Shown: positions 49,481 to 63,425, counted from the first letter of the stretch. The stretch: 64,000 nt of DNA from Eledone cirrhosa (GCA_964016885.1 OZ024740.1:101184001-101248000), one strand, 5' to 3'. Program-made: numbers and translations. The notes: generated by a model not told the origin, from the letters alone.

Positions 49481-52400
49481 ATTAGGGAGGTTTTCCAGTT
49501 CTCCTCGCGATATCGTTGTCTTTTGTTCTGGTAGCGGTTCGTTTGTCCACCACTTTCACCTGCCTTTTGTTGTAAGTGGTCCTGGAAGTGTGTATTACCT
49601 GCCTGTGTGTGTGTTTTATTTTATTTTTTTCTTTATTTTTTATTTGTAATATTATGATGACTGTTATGTTGACAAATAAAGTGATATATGTGACACAATA
49701 AACAATATATATGTGAGCGTAAAAGAGAGAAGACACTCACACTCAATCACACGCCACAACAAGGGGTGCTGTAGTTACCTGCTAATCTTGTTTATTAAAG
49801 CAAGCCAACACACACGCAGAGCATTGCCGCAGGTGAATTAGCAGTCAACAATGACAAGAATCTTGCTGTCAGCAGTCCACCTCCCCCAAAACTTCTCGAA
49901 TCATAGGCTGTAGAAAAAATAATTAGTTTGCTTAAAATTCTTCTGCGGCATTTTGTTCTACGTGGTTGGTGGACTTGCTTGCAATACTAGCCAAATCTGG
50001 CCCTCGAATCACACTTTACAGCTTTAAAACGAAGACATATGTGCTTGGAGGATAATGTAGCGTTGTATACATTGTCTTAAACTAGAACCGGATGATCACA
50101 ACTTCAACGCCTTTTAATCATGGGCCATGACTTGCTCTAACAGTAACAACTCGAAATCAAAATGAGGATGTGAACTTCATTACCAAAACGTTACTTGTAT
50201 TTTTATAGAAGTTTTTTTTTTATATATAACGAAATTTCATTCGAATTTATAATATTGTTTTGAAAAATAGTTTATAAAACTAAGTCTGACGAAAAGTCGT
50301 AATTGAATTTGAAATAGTATTTGACTAAATTGTTAGCCTTACAAATTATATTTCTTCATTTATATTGAACTAAAAGGCAATTAAAACTTCTTTATGGGTT
50401 GTTTGCATGCGGGAAGAACAGTTTCTTATATAAGAAAACATTTCACGCAAATGTTATTTAGATTTTAAAACAAATCAATGAGCTTTGAAATTGGAAGGAA
50501 ATCACGTTACAAATTAATATTTGTACTTCTAAAGAGAAAACAGACGAGGTGTGCGGGAGTACGCATACACTCCTGGTTCATTTCCCCTCGTATGTATACT
50601 AGCAAACTACCTGTCATTGCTCAAATTCAAAATTAACTCCAATCCAGAACTGTTCTTAGTGAAGGCATAATTAACAGAGGAACGTTGGTTTTCTCATCAA
50701 AAGTAATTTTTCTTATGAGAAATGAAATCTGTTTACGTCAGTCTAGTGTCTCATTCATCTTTCTATAGAGATGCGTTCATTATGAATAGCATATTTCATA
50801 ATTTAATTGTGTGATATCTAATCAATGTATATTAAATAAAGACAATAAAGTGAAATAATTTTATTTCATTTGAAACAATTATTTATTGAGCATAGTAATT
50901 TATTTTCTAATTTTTATTTTTAATTCTTAAAATAACTTTAGAAAATAGGTGGAAATAATTTTTACTTTTCATATGTTTACCAAAATCTTGACAAAGTTAA
51001 GCTGATTGAAAAAGTCGATGAAAGCACATTGCTTGAATTTGCCAGCCATTGAGAAAATCACTGAACTGTTCTATCACACTGCAAAACCTCATGTAATAAT
51101 CTGTAGATTTATCCAGTTGACTGGCTATTTCAGTCAATTTAAAAGATTTATTAGTAATTAGATTTTTCATATAAGTACTGCAACGGTATCTCATTTTAAC
51201 CATCAAAGTGATTAAAGTGATCAAATTAAAATTAAAATCTTGGATTGAAATCTCATTTATTACATCATAGATAATATTATATTTCACTCATTAAATATTT
51301 GTTTAATATTATTAAGTTGAAAGTTCTTTCACTAAATGTCTCATAATTCTTGGTTATTTTCATTATTAAAACACAAAAGCAGTCTATTTTTGTTAGAAAT
51401 ATAGTCACCAAAGGGTTAATATTATTCTTATTAAATTATTTTCTATATTTATGGGAAATTATATATCTATGGGAAATAATTATCAATAATGCTTAGGAGG
51501 TTCTTAATGTTAGGCTTATCTTTTCATGATAAAGGCATTTAGGAGAGGTGGGTGGAAGTATAGATAATCTTGTCTCTGAATCCACAAGATTCTTGTGATT
51601 TATTATAGTAAGGTGGGTGTATTATCAAAGAAATTCTTATTCAATGACAAACCACACATATTTTTGAGATGCCATGATTAAAAATGAGGTTAAAAACACT
51701 TAACTACATTTTTGTTGTTGCTCATTATTCTAGCTCTACTATCTAGCAACTTTATTTAATTGCTGGGGTGTGAGAGAGTGAAGTGAAATCAATCAATCTC
51801 ATCGAAATATAATATATTAGCTTTTGTTGATTAAAAATATACTTTTTCTCTATGGGGAAAAAGCAGCATATGAGAAAGAAATACTTGAAATCGTACCACT
51901 CTTTGAAAGCAAGTACCTTATTGAGAAATTGGTCATATCGTTATTAGATATTGAACATAACTGGAAAAGTATGTGAAAAAAAAATCCCCTCTTCCAAATC
52001 TCTATTCCTAAAGCATTATTTTTCAGCCTTATGATTAAGTAAACCCCTTGTTTTATTGCAGTTTTTATACATGAATTTTATTATTAGAATTATATTTTTC
52101 TTGTATTTTATGAGTTTTAATTGCCTCGTTTATGGCCTTAAGAAAGATAGTAAAGTAAGTTTATCATGTTCCATTCCTTAAAACTTTATAACATGTTTAT
52201 GTAAGATAGATTTTATGATATCAACAAGAATTCTTCTTGCCCCCTCACCCAAATAATGTAATCTCTTAAATACATAATATTGATTTATTTTGTGAGCACA
52301 AGGCCACAAATTGTAGGCTACAATACATAGCATGTACATACTTTATTGAAAATTCCCAGGAGATGAAATATATAGGTTATACTGTTGATCATTGTGGGAT

Positions 52401-55400
52401 TTGAATTTGAAAAGTAAATACTCTAGGGTATATTTGGAATGCTCCAGCATTTCTGCTGCTCCAATGAATTCATTGAGAAATGTTTGTGTAATTTCCATGG
52501 ATTTTACTTTCAAAAAGGTAAAATAATATTTACTCTAATATATGTTAAGGGATTCAAAACTATCTTCCTAAAAACTGAATTCATAGAGAAATGTTCATCT
52601 CAGTGCCTTTTTCTTTTTCTAATTATTAATTTTTCCCCTCTTTTCCTACCCCGCTTCTCTCTCTCTCTTTGTGTATCTTGATATCTTTGTTTAGATAAGA
52701 AGTTAGGTCACAAGAAAACCAGAAAGTCTGTATGTAAGGCATAAGCATCCTAGGTTACCATTCAGGTGGCACACAACCATTGGGTTTTTGTATAGCAGGT
52801 GTAATGTCATGAGTATGTGAACAATTTTTCAAATCAAAATTATCTAACATAATCTGAAAGTCTAACTGAACAATTTTATTTTTATTTCTTTTCTTCAGTC
52901 ATACCTTCTCTCAATCCAGTTTTTGTAAAGCTTATAATGTTATTAAATCACTTTTTAGTGGTGTAGTTTCATTCTTGCAATATATCATTATTTGCTGTTA
53001 GAAATAGCAACCGAATGCCTCTCAAAACTCATCCTTGCTTTCTTTTATAAATTGAAAGGATACCTTATCTAATGTAGTCCATGATACATTGTCATCATCA
53101 TCATCATCTTTTAATGTCTGCTTTCCATGCTAGTATACTTTGAAAGAATTGTCACAAACCAGGTCAGTTCTGAAATGGAACTACTTTCCTCGCAGATGGG
53201 CCGGGGTCCACATCTTGCTTACATACATTCTTGCAATTTAGAGTGTACTGGGTGCATTTTATCATGTCACAGCCCTAGATAGGCTGCTATGTTTTTGAGA
53301 CAGTGAAGAGTCACTTTAACCCTTTGTGTGTTGAGTTGTCTACAGCTGGATAACCTTCTTAACATCAATCACCTTACACATTGAACTGGGTGCATTTTAT
53401 CATGGAACCAGCCCTAGGTGGGTTGTCACACATTTTATACAATTGAAAACTCCTCTTAGCCCTTTGTTTGAAAAGTTTTCTATGACCAGGTGTCTTACCT
53501 AATAGCAACTGTTTGACAGATAATAGATGAAGTGATCTCATTTGGAATTCTTTTGATGGTAGGTTTGCTTGATCAAGGACTAAATTGGGCATAAAAAAAC
53601 AGTGTTCTTCTTTTACAGTTTCTGTCTATCAGCTTTACTCATAAGACGTTGGTTGAGCCAAGATGTTGCACAGTGGGGATGGAGCCCAAAACCACATAGT
53701 TGAAAACAGAGTCTTAACCACACAGCCATGCCTGCACCAATGTGTAAAACAGCAACTACTACTATTCTTGCTGAGCATAAAATGTCAACTTCTCTTCACT
53801 TTGTCAGATTAAACAGTAAATATGTGACAAAACAGTGTAAAAAAGTAATTTTAAACATGAAATGTGTTATAGTCTGACTTACAGATAGCAGTAAAATAAA
53901 TTACTTGAAACTAAACATCAAGCTGTAATGGCTGATTTAAAATTGTAATTAATCTTTTATTCTTCTACTATCAAACATCATATTATTTTTAGAATTAAAT
54001 TGCCATTAAGCACATTTACCTGATCATTTATCTATATCATTTACCTGCATCATTTGACATGTCTTAGCCCTCCAAATACCATGTAATAAAACCTGTTGCT
54101 TTTAAGTTTCTTTTTATGATTTTTGTTAATGCTTTTACTTGTTGATGTATCCTGGATCAACAGGTAGTATATTGGCTCCCACTTTGCAATCCATGAGTAG
54201 GAAATAACGAAATATCTGATCCAAAACGGAAAAGGATGTTGGTAAAGCATATCAACCTTATTCCATGTCAGACCTATCTATGATCAAAGACATTCCAACC
54301 ATGACAAATAGTTCTTTTTTCTTTCTCAGACTGTATGCAGCGAGGACCACATTATCCAATATTTCTTTCCCCTTTGTTACCATATTTCTAATGACCTATA
54401 CTACTGTGTTTCAGTTAACTTTGAATTTAGTAATATACACTCGCATTTGCATTAAAAAAACTAGATTTTGGAGGATAAATTAACAAAAGTCCCTTATATA
54501 AATTATGATGGAAGATTTTAATATAAGTATAAACACTTTAAAATAGGAAGTTTTGTATTATCGAACCAGGGGTAGTTTCTGGCAGATTGATATCAATAAT
54601 TAAGATGGTGAGGTGAAATTTGTGGAGTATTTGGCTGCTATTTCTAGCAAAGTGAGTGACAAATTAGAAGCTCTCTTATTTGTTCCTTGTGTGATTTTTC
54701 TTTGCTGTTGCTTAACCATTAGACAGTCATGACTGCAGATTTATAATCAAATGTATTCTGTCCATGACTATCATCTAATTGTGTAAGTTCAGGAATCATG
54801 TAGCATGGATTATATTATCCAATGGGATTTTATAAAAAAAAAAAAAAAAAAAAAGGATGTGATTTAAGGAAGATTTGGTTGTTAGTTCTTGTGTGTTGAG
54901 CTTGGTGATAAAGTTGCTTATCTCATAACATCTTGTAATGATTTAGCAGAAAATATCTAAAAGTGTGTTTAATAATTCAAGTATTTAGTGATGATATGTA
55001 CTTTTCAAGGATGTCTAGCTAATGTGGTACAGGATGTTAAGAGTTAAATACACTTAAAAATACTTAAATCAAGTCTTCTTTTAGAATGATATTTAGGGAT
55101 ATTACATTGATTACATTATTTAATGGGTTCTTCATTTGCCCTAGCAATATGAATGCTAAAGTCTGGTGTGACTTTCATAGGATACTTACCTTGATTACTA
55201 CATAGAGATTTCTCTGTTGGCTCATATGCTATGTAGTCACTCAACATGTTAGAAATTGTATCCCCTTAATTTAATCCTTAGTGTTTATCAGCATGGAAGA
55301 GTGTGACTTGACTTGACTTTTGAATTACAAGTACAGGCCATTCATCAATCAAATTTCACAGGGTTTGGATTAACTTGTGTCTCTAGTAAAAAACACTTGC

Positions 55401-55494
55401 AGCAAATGCCAATGATTGGGAAATGAGCTTCTTAACCACACAAATAAACAACTTGCCCAGTCCTTTCTTTCCCCAAGTGAGATAGTAAAAGTAA

Positions 55495-55816
55495 AAGCCC
55501 CTTTGGTCATGAATGACTAGGATTTGCACCTAGAAAGTTCCCCTCCAAGGCACGTTCAGGCATGCTTATTTAGAGAAGACCAGCAGTCGTCCATGCATAC
55601 CAGTCACTCCTCTCCATGCCACCAATGTTGTCCAAAGGAAAGACAAAGGCCGATACAGCTTGGCACCTGTGATGTCACAACTCATTTCTGCAGCTGAGTG
55701 AACTGGAGCAATGTGAAATAAAGTGCCTTGCTCAAGGACACAATGCAAAGCCCAGTCCAAGAATCAAATTCACAACCTCATGATTGTAAGGCTGACACTC
55801 TAACCACTAAGCCATG
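55495..55816 (-). mobile_element. tRNA-SINE with the S1 head and core but a different tail (S1b)
   Basis: Shares CATGGCTTAGTGGTTAGAG..CCTTGAGCAAG.CACTTTATTTCACATTGCTCCAG; tail ..GGTGCAAATCC..GTCATTCATGACC; second copy at 62255-62560(+). Confidence 0.85.
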
Positions 55817-56960
55817 TAATAGTAGTTATATATTTAATATAGTATCATAATCCTTTGTCTAAAGTTAAGGTTTATATGGGGCTGAGTCCCTCACACAATT
55901 TTTTATTTTTAAATATGGTTTTATTTCGTTTAGATTTGTTATAGAGTCCTACTGTCTTAAAATTGGAAAGTGACATTGGATAATCTAGTCAAAAAAATAA
56001 AAAGATGATGGGATGATCATGGCTGGAAAGCTTTTAATTATAGGTATGATTGCTTGGGGCTGACTAGCGAATAAAAAATAATCACAAATGTTTTTGATAA
56101 ATCCAGAAACATAACATTTCATCTCCCACTACCAATAAATCTGATGCATAAGGCCCCCGATTAAAAGGTTTATCAATATTCTAAGAAAAAAAAAATGCTT
56201 TTTTAAAATTGCTTTTGGCTCATATTTCTGTTATAGCTTCATTTGAAGTCTTTCCCCAGGAAATTTCATTCCTCCAAATTAATTGTGACACTAAAATTAT
56301 AAAAGCAGTGTTGAGAAATATTTTGTTTGATCAGAAGCAAGATTGTTATTTTTTTGAATTAATTTAGACAGTATTAAATACTGAATGTGTTGGCTTGTGT
56401 TACTTTTTTCTTTTAGTATTAATATTGATTTTTTTTTTTGGTTCACACAGGCTTTGATTTCAGCCAGGTGTTAGGATGGACAATGTGTTGGAAGCTTCTG
56501 GAATTGTAATTGTTTTCCAAAATAAAATCTTTTGACTATAATTTTTTCTTCTCTTGACTTAGAATAGTGATTTTTTTTTTTTGGCACAGATTGTAGATAT
56601 TGATTCTTCAGTAAACTCTAGTCAGAATTAAAGTATAATGGTCTCTAAGAGTATTTCATTTATTAGCAACATTTATTCTAGAGCAATCCTTTTTATTTTT
56701 TTGTATAAACCCTTATTTTTATCTTAGAGATATCTTGGTGCTGAATTGTTATTTAGTCCTAGATCAACACTGATCACATAGACCAATGCCAAAAGGAGTT
56801 CCAGCTGTGACTAGCCCACCTTTTATGTATGTCATCCTCATTTACAGTTTTAACCTTTTTAATATTAGCCTAGCAAAATAAAACAAAGAATCTAGTTCTA
56901 TGAAATAAAACCACCCTTTTTAAATTGTTCCTATTTAAATTAAAATCTATTTTCATAATG

Positions 56961-57285
56961 GAAGCACATGGCTTAGTGGTTAGAGCATTGGCCTTGCAAT
57001 CGAAAGGTTGTGAGTTCAATTCTCAGACCGGGTGATGTGTTGTTTCCTTGAGCAAGACACTTTATTTCACATTGCTCCAGTTTACTCAGCTGTAGAAATG
57101 AGATGATAGGGACTGGGGTCCATCTCATTCCACTGCAAAGTGGTCGTGCAGGTGCCAGGGCCAGCACTCACTGTAAATGAGGTTGGTGTTAGGAAGGGCA
57201 TCCAGCTGTAGAAATCAAGCCAAAATCCTTTCCCGTCCCACCCTTGCAAGCAGGGAAAAGCGGACGTAAAATGAAATGATGATGA
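56961..57285 (+). mobile_element. SINE S1
   Basis: Full head, core and RTE-type tail. Confidence 0.9.
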
Positions 57286-58239
57286 AGAACCATATGTTAG
57301 GTTATAGCTTTGCAATGAAATAGTAATTTTAGTAATTCCTTCAAAATATTTCAGTAATTATTTGAAATAGAATACCTTTCCTTATATATGCTGTCACAAA
57401 AGGGTCCAATAAGAAAGGGCTGATGTGGTTGTTCAAAATTTTCATTACCATCATTCAAAGTGTGTTGTCACTACTAGCAAGGTTTGGACAGGGCATCACA
57501 GGCAGTCAATACTCAAGTGGAGTTACTAATCTATCAAACAGACCGAGGACCTGCATCTCACTTACAAGCATTCTGACAGTCTACCAAGTGCTCAGACAGG
57601 CCAAAGTCTGTATCTTGTTTAGGTACATACATTTCCCTATTCCCCATAGTGCATTTCATCATGGTACTAACAATAGGAAAATTGTCATGTCTTTGTCATA
57701 GCTGAAGAATGTGCCCAACATTTTGTTTGCCAGGTTTTCTGCAACTAGATGCTACAAATAGCAGCTAAATCTTCCTCAAATGAAATTGTACTCTTTTGAA
57801 ATAACAGAAGGGCACATATGACAATGTTGTCTATGATGTACAAAAAAAAGCTGGAATGCCTTTGCTTATAGTGCTGGCCTGTTACCAAAACCAACAACGA
57901 GGATATGTGTTGGAAAGGTGATACATAAGAATATACTGTCTTCAAATATTCATCTTGTAACTTGTTTAATAAAGGAAATTGCTTGGAATCTTAAACTTTT
58001 CTCCTTACAGATACCAAATTATTTCATTTTAGGAATTATAAAGCTTTATAATATGGCCTGAGTTAATTTACTTAACTCTTTATCTTCTCCCTGGTTAAAA
58101 TAGTAGCAAAATTGCATTCATGTGTGTGTGAACATGTCTGCACGTGTGTGTATAACGGATTCTCCTTTCCCTCAAAGAGCTTCATTCATGCATGGCATTT
58201 AGGTTAGAGGAGTAATTGTCTCAGATAGTGACATGTCTG

Positions 58240-58715
58240 CCTTATGTTAGCATGGAAAGTGGACACAAAATGATGATATAGTGTGTGTGCGTGCGCACAC
58301 TACAAAAAGCACATAGACTAAATGTGGTTGCATTAGGAAGGGCATCCAGTCATAGAAACTGATCCCAAAACAGTTCTGTATGAGCAAGACATGGTTATCT
58401 GACCTGACTTGACTCACAACAGGACAACTCGTCTAACCCACGCTAGCATGGAAACATGGACGTTAAACAGTGGTGATGATATACCTATATATATATATAT
58501 ATAATGCACCCAATCCACACTGTAAAGTGGTCATGTAGGAGACGCTGCAAAAAGCACCCAGCACACACTGACAATGTTGTTGGCATTAGGAAGTGCATCC
58601 AGTCATAGAAAACCAACCAGAAACAGCCGTATATGAGTGAGAAACGGTCACCCAACCAAACCCATCTAACCCATGCTAGCATGGAAGATAGACATTAAAC
58701 AATGATGATGATGAT
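58240..58715 (+). mobile_element. Three tandem older RTE 3'UTR fragments
   Basis: Repeated ATTAGGAAG.GCATCCAGTCATAGAAA and GCTAGCATGGAA..(GAT)n ends. Confidence 0.8.
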
Positions 58716-58798
58716 ATAAATGTATTTATATATCATTGTTTAATGGCAATATATTATAGACTTAACTATATGATAAAAACCTATATATATATATATAT

Positions 58799-59128
58799 GG
58801 AGGCACATGGCTTAGTGTGGCCTTGCAATCGAAAGGTTGTGAGTTCAATTCTCAGACCGGGTGATGTGTTATTTCCTTGAGCAAGACACTTTATTTCACA
58901 TTGCTCCAGTTTACTCAGCTGTAGAAATGAGATGATAGGACTGGGGTCCCTATCATTCCACTGCAGAGTGGTCGTGGAGGTGCCACGGCAAAAAAAAGCA
59001 CCCAGCACTCACTGTAAATGAGGTTGGTGTTAGGAAGGGCATCCAGCTGTAGAAATCAAGCCAGAATCAGTTCCCGTCCCACCCTTGCAAGCAGGGAAAA
59101 GTGGACGTAAAATGATGATGATGATGAT
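58799..59128 (+). mobile_element. SINE S1
   Basis: Near-identical to 140-495 with a small head deletion; preceded by (TA)n. Confidence 0.9.
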
Positions 59129-59220
59129 ATATTACATACCTCTAAGTGAATATATATATATATATATATATCAATATATATAAATAATAATCATGTCTCT
59201 TCTTTTTTTTTATATTTCAG

Positions 59221-59260
59221 TATCATAGGCAAATATTCCAGTTATGTTTAAATAATTGAG
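59221..59260 (+). other. Candidate 40-nt non-coding (5'UTR or lncRNA) exon
   Basis: Strong acceptor tctcttctttttttttatatttcag and donor GAG|gtaaga; stops in all three frames. Confidence 0.5.
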
Positions 59261-59432
59261 GTAAGATTTTAAAAATATATTTTGCACTTCATATTAAGAG
59301 TTCATTTATTTTCTTTTGTTTTTCCTTACATTATATTAAATGTTTATTGCTGCATACTTTCTTGCAGTATTTAGATGATGTAATTTAAATGATCTTTGAG
59401 CAATATTCTAATTTTCTGCATGCCCTGGTTAT

Positions 59433-59508
59433 ATATGTATATGTGTTTATGATTGAATATGACTATATATATATATAGTCATATTCAATCATAAACACAT
59501 ATACATAT
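59433..59508. repeat. Perfect 76-bp palindrome centred on (TA)7
   Basis: 31-bp arms are exact reverse complements. Confidence 0.95.
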
Positions 59509-61010
59509 CATATATACATTATTTTCCATATTTATATATAATCTATTTTCTGTCATCTCTCTTTTTCCTCATTACAAAAAAAAAGTTGAGAAACAAAAAA
59601 ATTTAATTTGTTTATTTATTGATTTATTTGATTCTTTCTCAGAATCTTTAAATAAACAAAAAAAAAATACCTCATACTTAATAGTTCTTATCACTTAGTT
59701 TGTATGTTTACTTAAGTGTTTTTTCTGCCACTTTTAAGTCTCTCTGTGTACTCTCTTTCTCTCTCTCTATCTGTATATGTATATATATATGCATACACAT
59801 TATTGTTGCTATTCTGTTTTATTTCTGCAGTAAACATACCATTCCTATGTAATTCAATGTTAATAACCATGCTTTTAAAATCTAATTGGTCTTTATTTAT
59901 TAGTCTTTTTATAATATATTAATTATTACTACTACTACTACTGTCTTTCGTGCAATCATTTTAACGTATCTAAGCACTATCTGTTCATATAGCTCCTCAT
60001 GTAGATGGTTTTAAATTTAATTATTTCGAGCTTACTGGTAAAAACAAATTAATCTAGGCCTGCTCATTTAATCAGTTCAGTAATTAATTCAAATAAGGAC
60101 AGTTAGTTGTTTAATAAATCTTCTGGCTTAACACCACCACCTAGTCCTTGAGAATGTTTAATGGAGCCCCCACATTTGCAAGCATTTGGGCTAAAATTCT
60201 GGTTTGAAGATACCCTTTTGTTCTCCCACCAGTCTAGGAAACCCTCCAGAAGGCAATGGACACACCCATTTTCTCTCTAAGCAGTAAAAAAAAAAATATC
60301 AGTTATGGACTAGGGTTTATATAAAATATATCTTCTGCCTCAAAAGAATAACTTTCTACGAAAGTTAACGATCAATACTGAATAGATTTTAACAGTATAT
60401 GCACAGATATACCCATATGATCAACAGGTATCCTTTGCTGTCACGAGGCTTCTCGTTTGATCCCACCTTGTTGCTCCTTAAGCAAATGCCTTATACAACA
60501 ACCTTGCGGGGATGGAAATTGTGGGTAAGTTAATTAGACTATATCCATCACCTGGTCTAACACCACCAACTGGTAACTTGTGTGCTTGATAAACATCCAT
60601 TCTATTACGTGAGCTTTTCTGTTGCAGCAATATAGTCATGTGTCCCTATCCTATTCTTCCTTTTTGGTCTCAAAAGTCAACAAAACAGTTATGTCCACTA
60701 CTCTTTGTATATTAACACACAACCTCCACCCCCACCTATACATAGTAATAAACAAAACTCACTATCCAACACATCTTAGTATGAATATGCAAAAATGTTA
60801 AGATAGTAATTAAAGAAATCAGGATGGAAATATTAATGAGAAGAAAACAGATAAAATCGGTAGAAATATCTAACTTTGCATTAACATTTCTATCACCAGA
60901 AGCTAATTTCAATTAGATTTAATAAAATATATTAAGTATATGAAAAGACAAAAGAGAAAATAATAATTTGAAATTATGTACATTTATGTATATTGTGGTT
61001 AGTACCTAGG

Positions 61011-61058
<48 letters not shown>

Positions 61059-61489
61059 ACTTAACCAGTACTGAGATGAAGATAGACTAGAGCCTATATT
61101 GATTTTGCATGATGAATATTTGCTGTAGATGCTCATTTGCATATAGTGCAAACTTGGCTGGTTATAATTAATTGGCAGTAGAACTAAGATAGCTTTAAGT
61201 ATAATAGGGTCATATATGAAAGCATATATGTTTATATACACAAACATTTTAGAGCATTCCAATCAAAGAAAAATGATATTTTTCTTCATGAAAAAACTAT
61301 TTTTCTCTCATTTGTTCTGTGAACATGTCAGAGATATCTCAGTAATAGTGAAGAATGCCAGACAGTTGCTTCAAGATTCATTAATCTCACATTACTAACA
61401 TTCACTCAACCAGTACTGAGATGAAAATAGACTAGAAATTATAATCAATTGTCAGTATATATATATGTATTTATTATTACTACTGTGTG

Positions 61490-62232
61490 TGTGTCAGACA
61501 GGTTGTCCCACTTAAGGCAAGTCAGATCAGGTGACCATGTCATGCTCATACAGAACTGTTTCTGGCTTGGTTTCTATGGCTAGATGCCCTTCCTAATGCC
61601 AACCACATTTACAGTGTGTGCTGGATGCTTTTTGTCATGACACCTACACAACCTCTTTACAGTGTAGGCTGGGTGCTTTTTGTCATGACACCTACACAAC
61701 TTTACAGTATAAGGGTTGTGTGATCAGATGTGGGTGGGTTTGGGGATTGGGAGGTGTATGGAAGGGGGCGACAGTAGTTAAAAGGTGCTTACTAGATGTA
61801 TGTTTCTGTCCATGCACATAGGAATGTGGTCTTTCTGCATTACTGCATAACGACAAAAATCTTGATCCTGTGTCATCTTTGGGAGGTGCAATTGTGCAAG
61901 GTCAGCTTTTATTACCTCACTCCAGATCTTCCTGGGTTTTCCTACTCCATAACTTCCATCAACTTTGATTGCCTTGCACATTTTTTTATAGCTGTCATGC
62001 TTCATATGCATCAGTTGTCCATACCAATGCAATCTCCTCTTTTGTATACTGAATTTGATCCTTCTTATTCCTAGTTTTGCTCTCAGTTCGTTTATGCTTT
62101 GCCATTCATGTATATTACTATTACACATCCATCGAAGCATGCAGGCTTCATTTATTTCCAATCTTCACAGGTCCCTGCACACAGTTCCCAAGTCTCACTA
62201 CCATACAACATTGCCGTTTGTATACATGCATC
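61490..62232 (-). mobile_element. Older 5'-truncated RTE copy
   Basis: ORF 61778-62161 (NEACMLRWMCNSNI..GKPRKIWSEVIKADL) plus 3'UTR. Confidence 0.9.
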
Positions 62233-62254
62233 ATATATATATATATATATATGT

Positions 62255-62560
62255 GAAGGCACATGGCTTACTGGTGAGAGCATTGGGATGGCAATCATGA
62301 GGTTGCAAGTTCAATTCCCAGACTGAGTGATGCATTGTGTCCTTGAGCAGGACACTTTATTTCACATTCCTCCAGTTTGCTCAGCTGTAGGAATGAGTTG
62401 TGACATCACTGGTGCCAAGCTGTATCGGCCTTTGCCTTTCCCTTGGATAACATCGATGATGTATAGAGAGGAGACACGTATGCATAGCTGGATTTATAGC
62501 TAGGATGGGACCTTCTTAGGTGCAAATCACATCGTCATTCGTGACCAAAAGTGGTCTTTA
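62255..62560 (+). mobile_element. SINE S1b
   Basis: Reverse complement of 55495-55816. Confidence 0.82.
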
Positions 62561-62574
62561 CCCTATACATACAC

Positions 62575-62770
62575 AAATATGTTGGGATAACAATAACACA
62601 ACACACCTGAATTCTTGTTTTAAGTGACAAATGACATTTCTTATGTTGGGATAATTTTGAGGGAAAAGTGCTGGCTTTTCTAAAATGTTGAATGTTATTA
62701 CTATCAATTCTTGCATTTGGAGTAATCATAAAGCCAATGTTACAATATGAAGTAATAGTCTTGGCTGGGT
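62575..62770 (-). pseudogene. Decayed BovB-like RTE fragment
   Basis: NARIDSN.IQHFRKAST...L....HLSLKTRIQV..VIVIPT resembles the RTE post-RT region. Confidence 0.5.
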
Positions 62771-63209
62771 TATTATTGCGGTTTATAATAGAGCTTGACT
62801 ATAATGCATTTGGTCTAAGCTGATGAAGTTTGATTTTCTTTTTTTTTAATACTAGTTGTTAGAACAAAAGCCTTGTGAATTTTATTTACAAGTCATGTAT
62901 TTCTTTCAAAGCATAAAAACAATTTCTTAATCATATGAAAAATATAGCACATTTATCAATTCAAGCCTAGTTTTAGTCTTGGAATTTAACATTTCTGTAG
63001 TGAACATACCGTCACTGGAATAAGACTGGACATTTTCACTACAATCACAATCATAAAATGTATATTTAAGCATTTGAAGAAGAATATATATAATACAGAA
63101 GCAAGGGTATAACCTTTTTTAGTTCCATTCAAAACATAGACCGTTAGAAATTACAGTTGACATTATGAAAAATGATGTTTTTCATCTCATCGGGCGTGTT
63201 TCTATTTAA

Positions 63210-63425
63210 CACTTTAGCATATAAACTGGCCATATGCGGCCAAAATTCTCTCACGTATTTCTGTTCAAACCAGCTGTAACCGGCTGCTCATACTGATGCT
63301 AAGTTATTGTTCTCAAAATATATAATATCAAAATCTCATAGATTTGATGTGAGATAAGTATGTGAGGTAAAGCCTTTACTACAAAAAAGTAATTGTAGAT
63401 AAAGAATAATGTAAATGCTAAAATA
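63210..63425. mobile_element. piggyBac-like MITE, family P1
   Basis: TTAA flanks; aligns along its length with 35412-35619. Confidence 0.75.

Noticed and set aside
50543-50592. Tiny ACGAGG...CCTCGTA inverted pair
   Set aside because: May be a mariner footprint but is too short to support
50597-51620. Possible minus-strand Helitron (ACTAGCAAACTACCTGTCATTGCTC end)
   Set aside because: Only a degenerate 3' end is visible; no convincing 5' TC terminus
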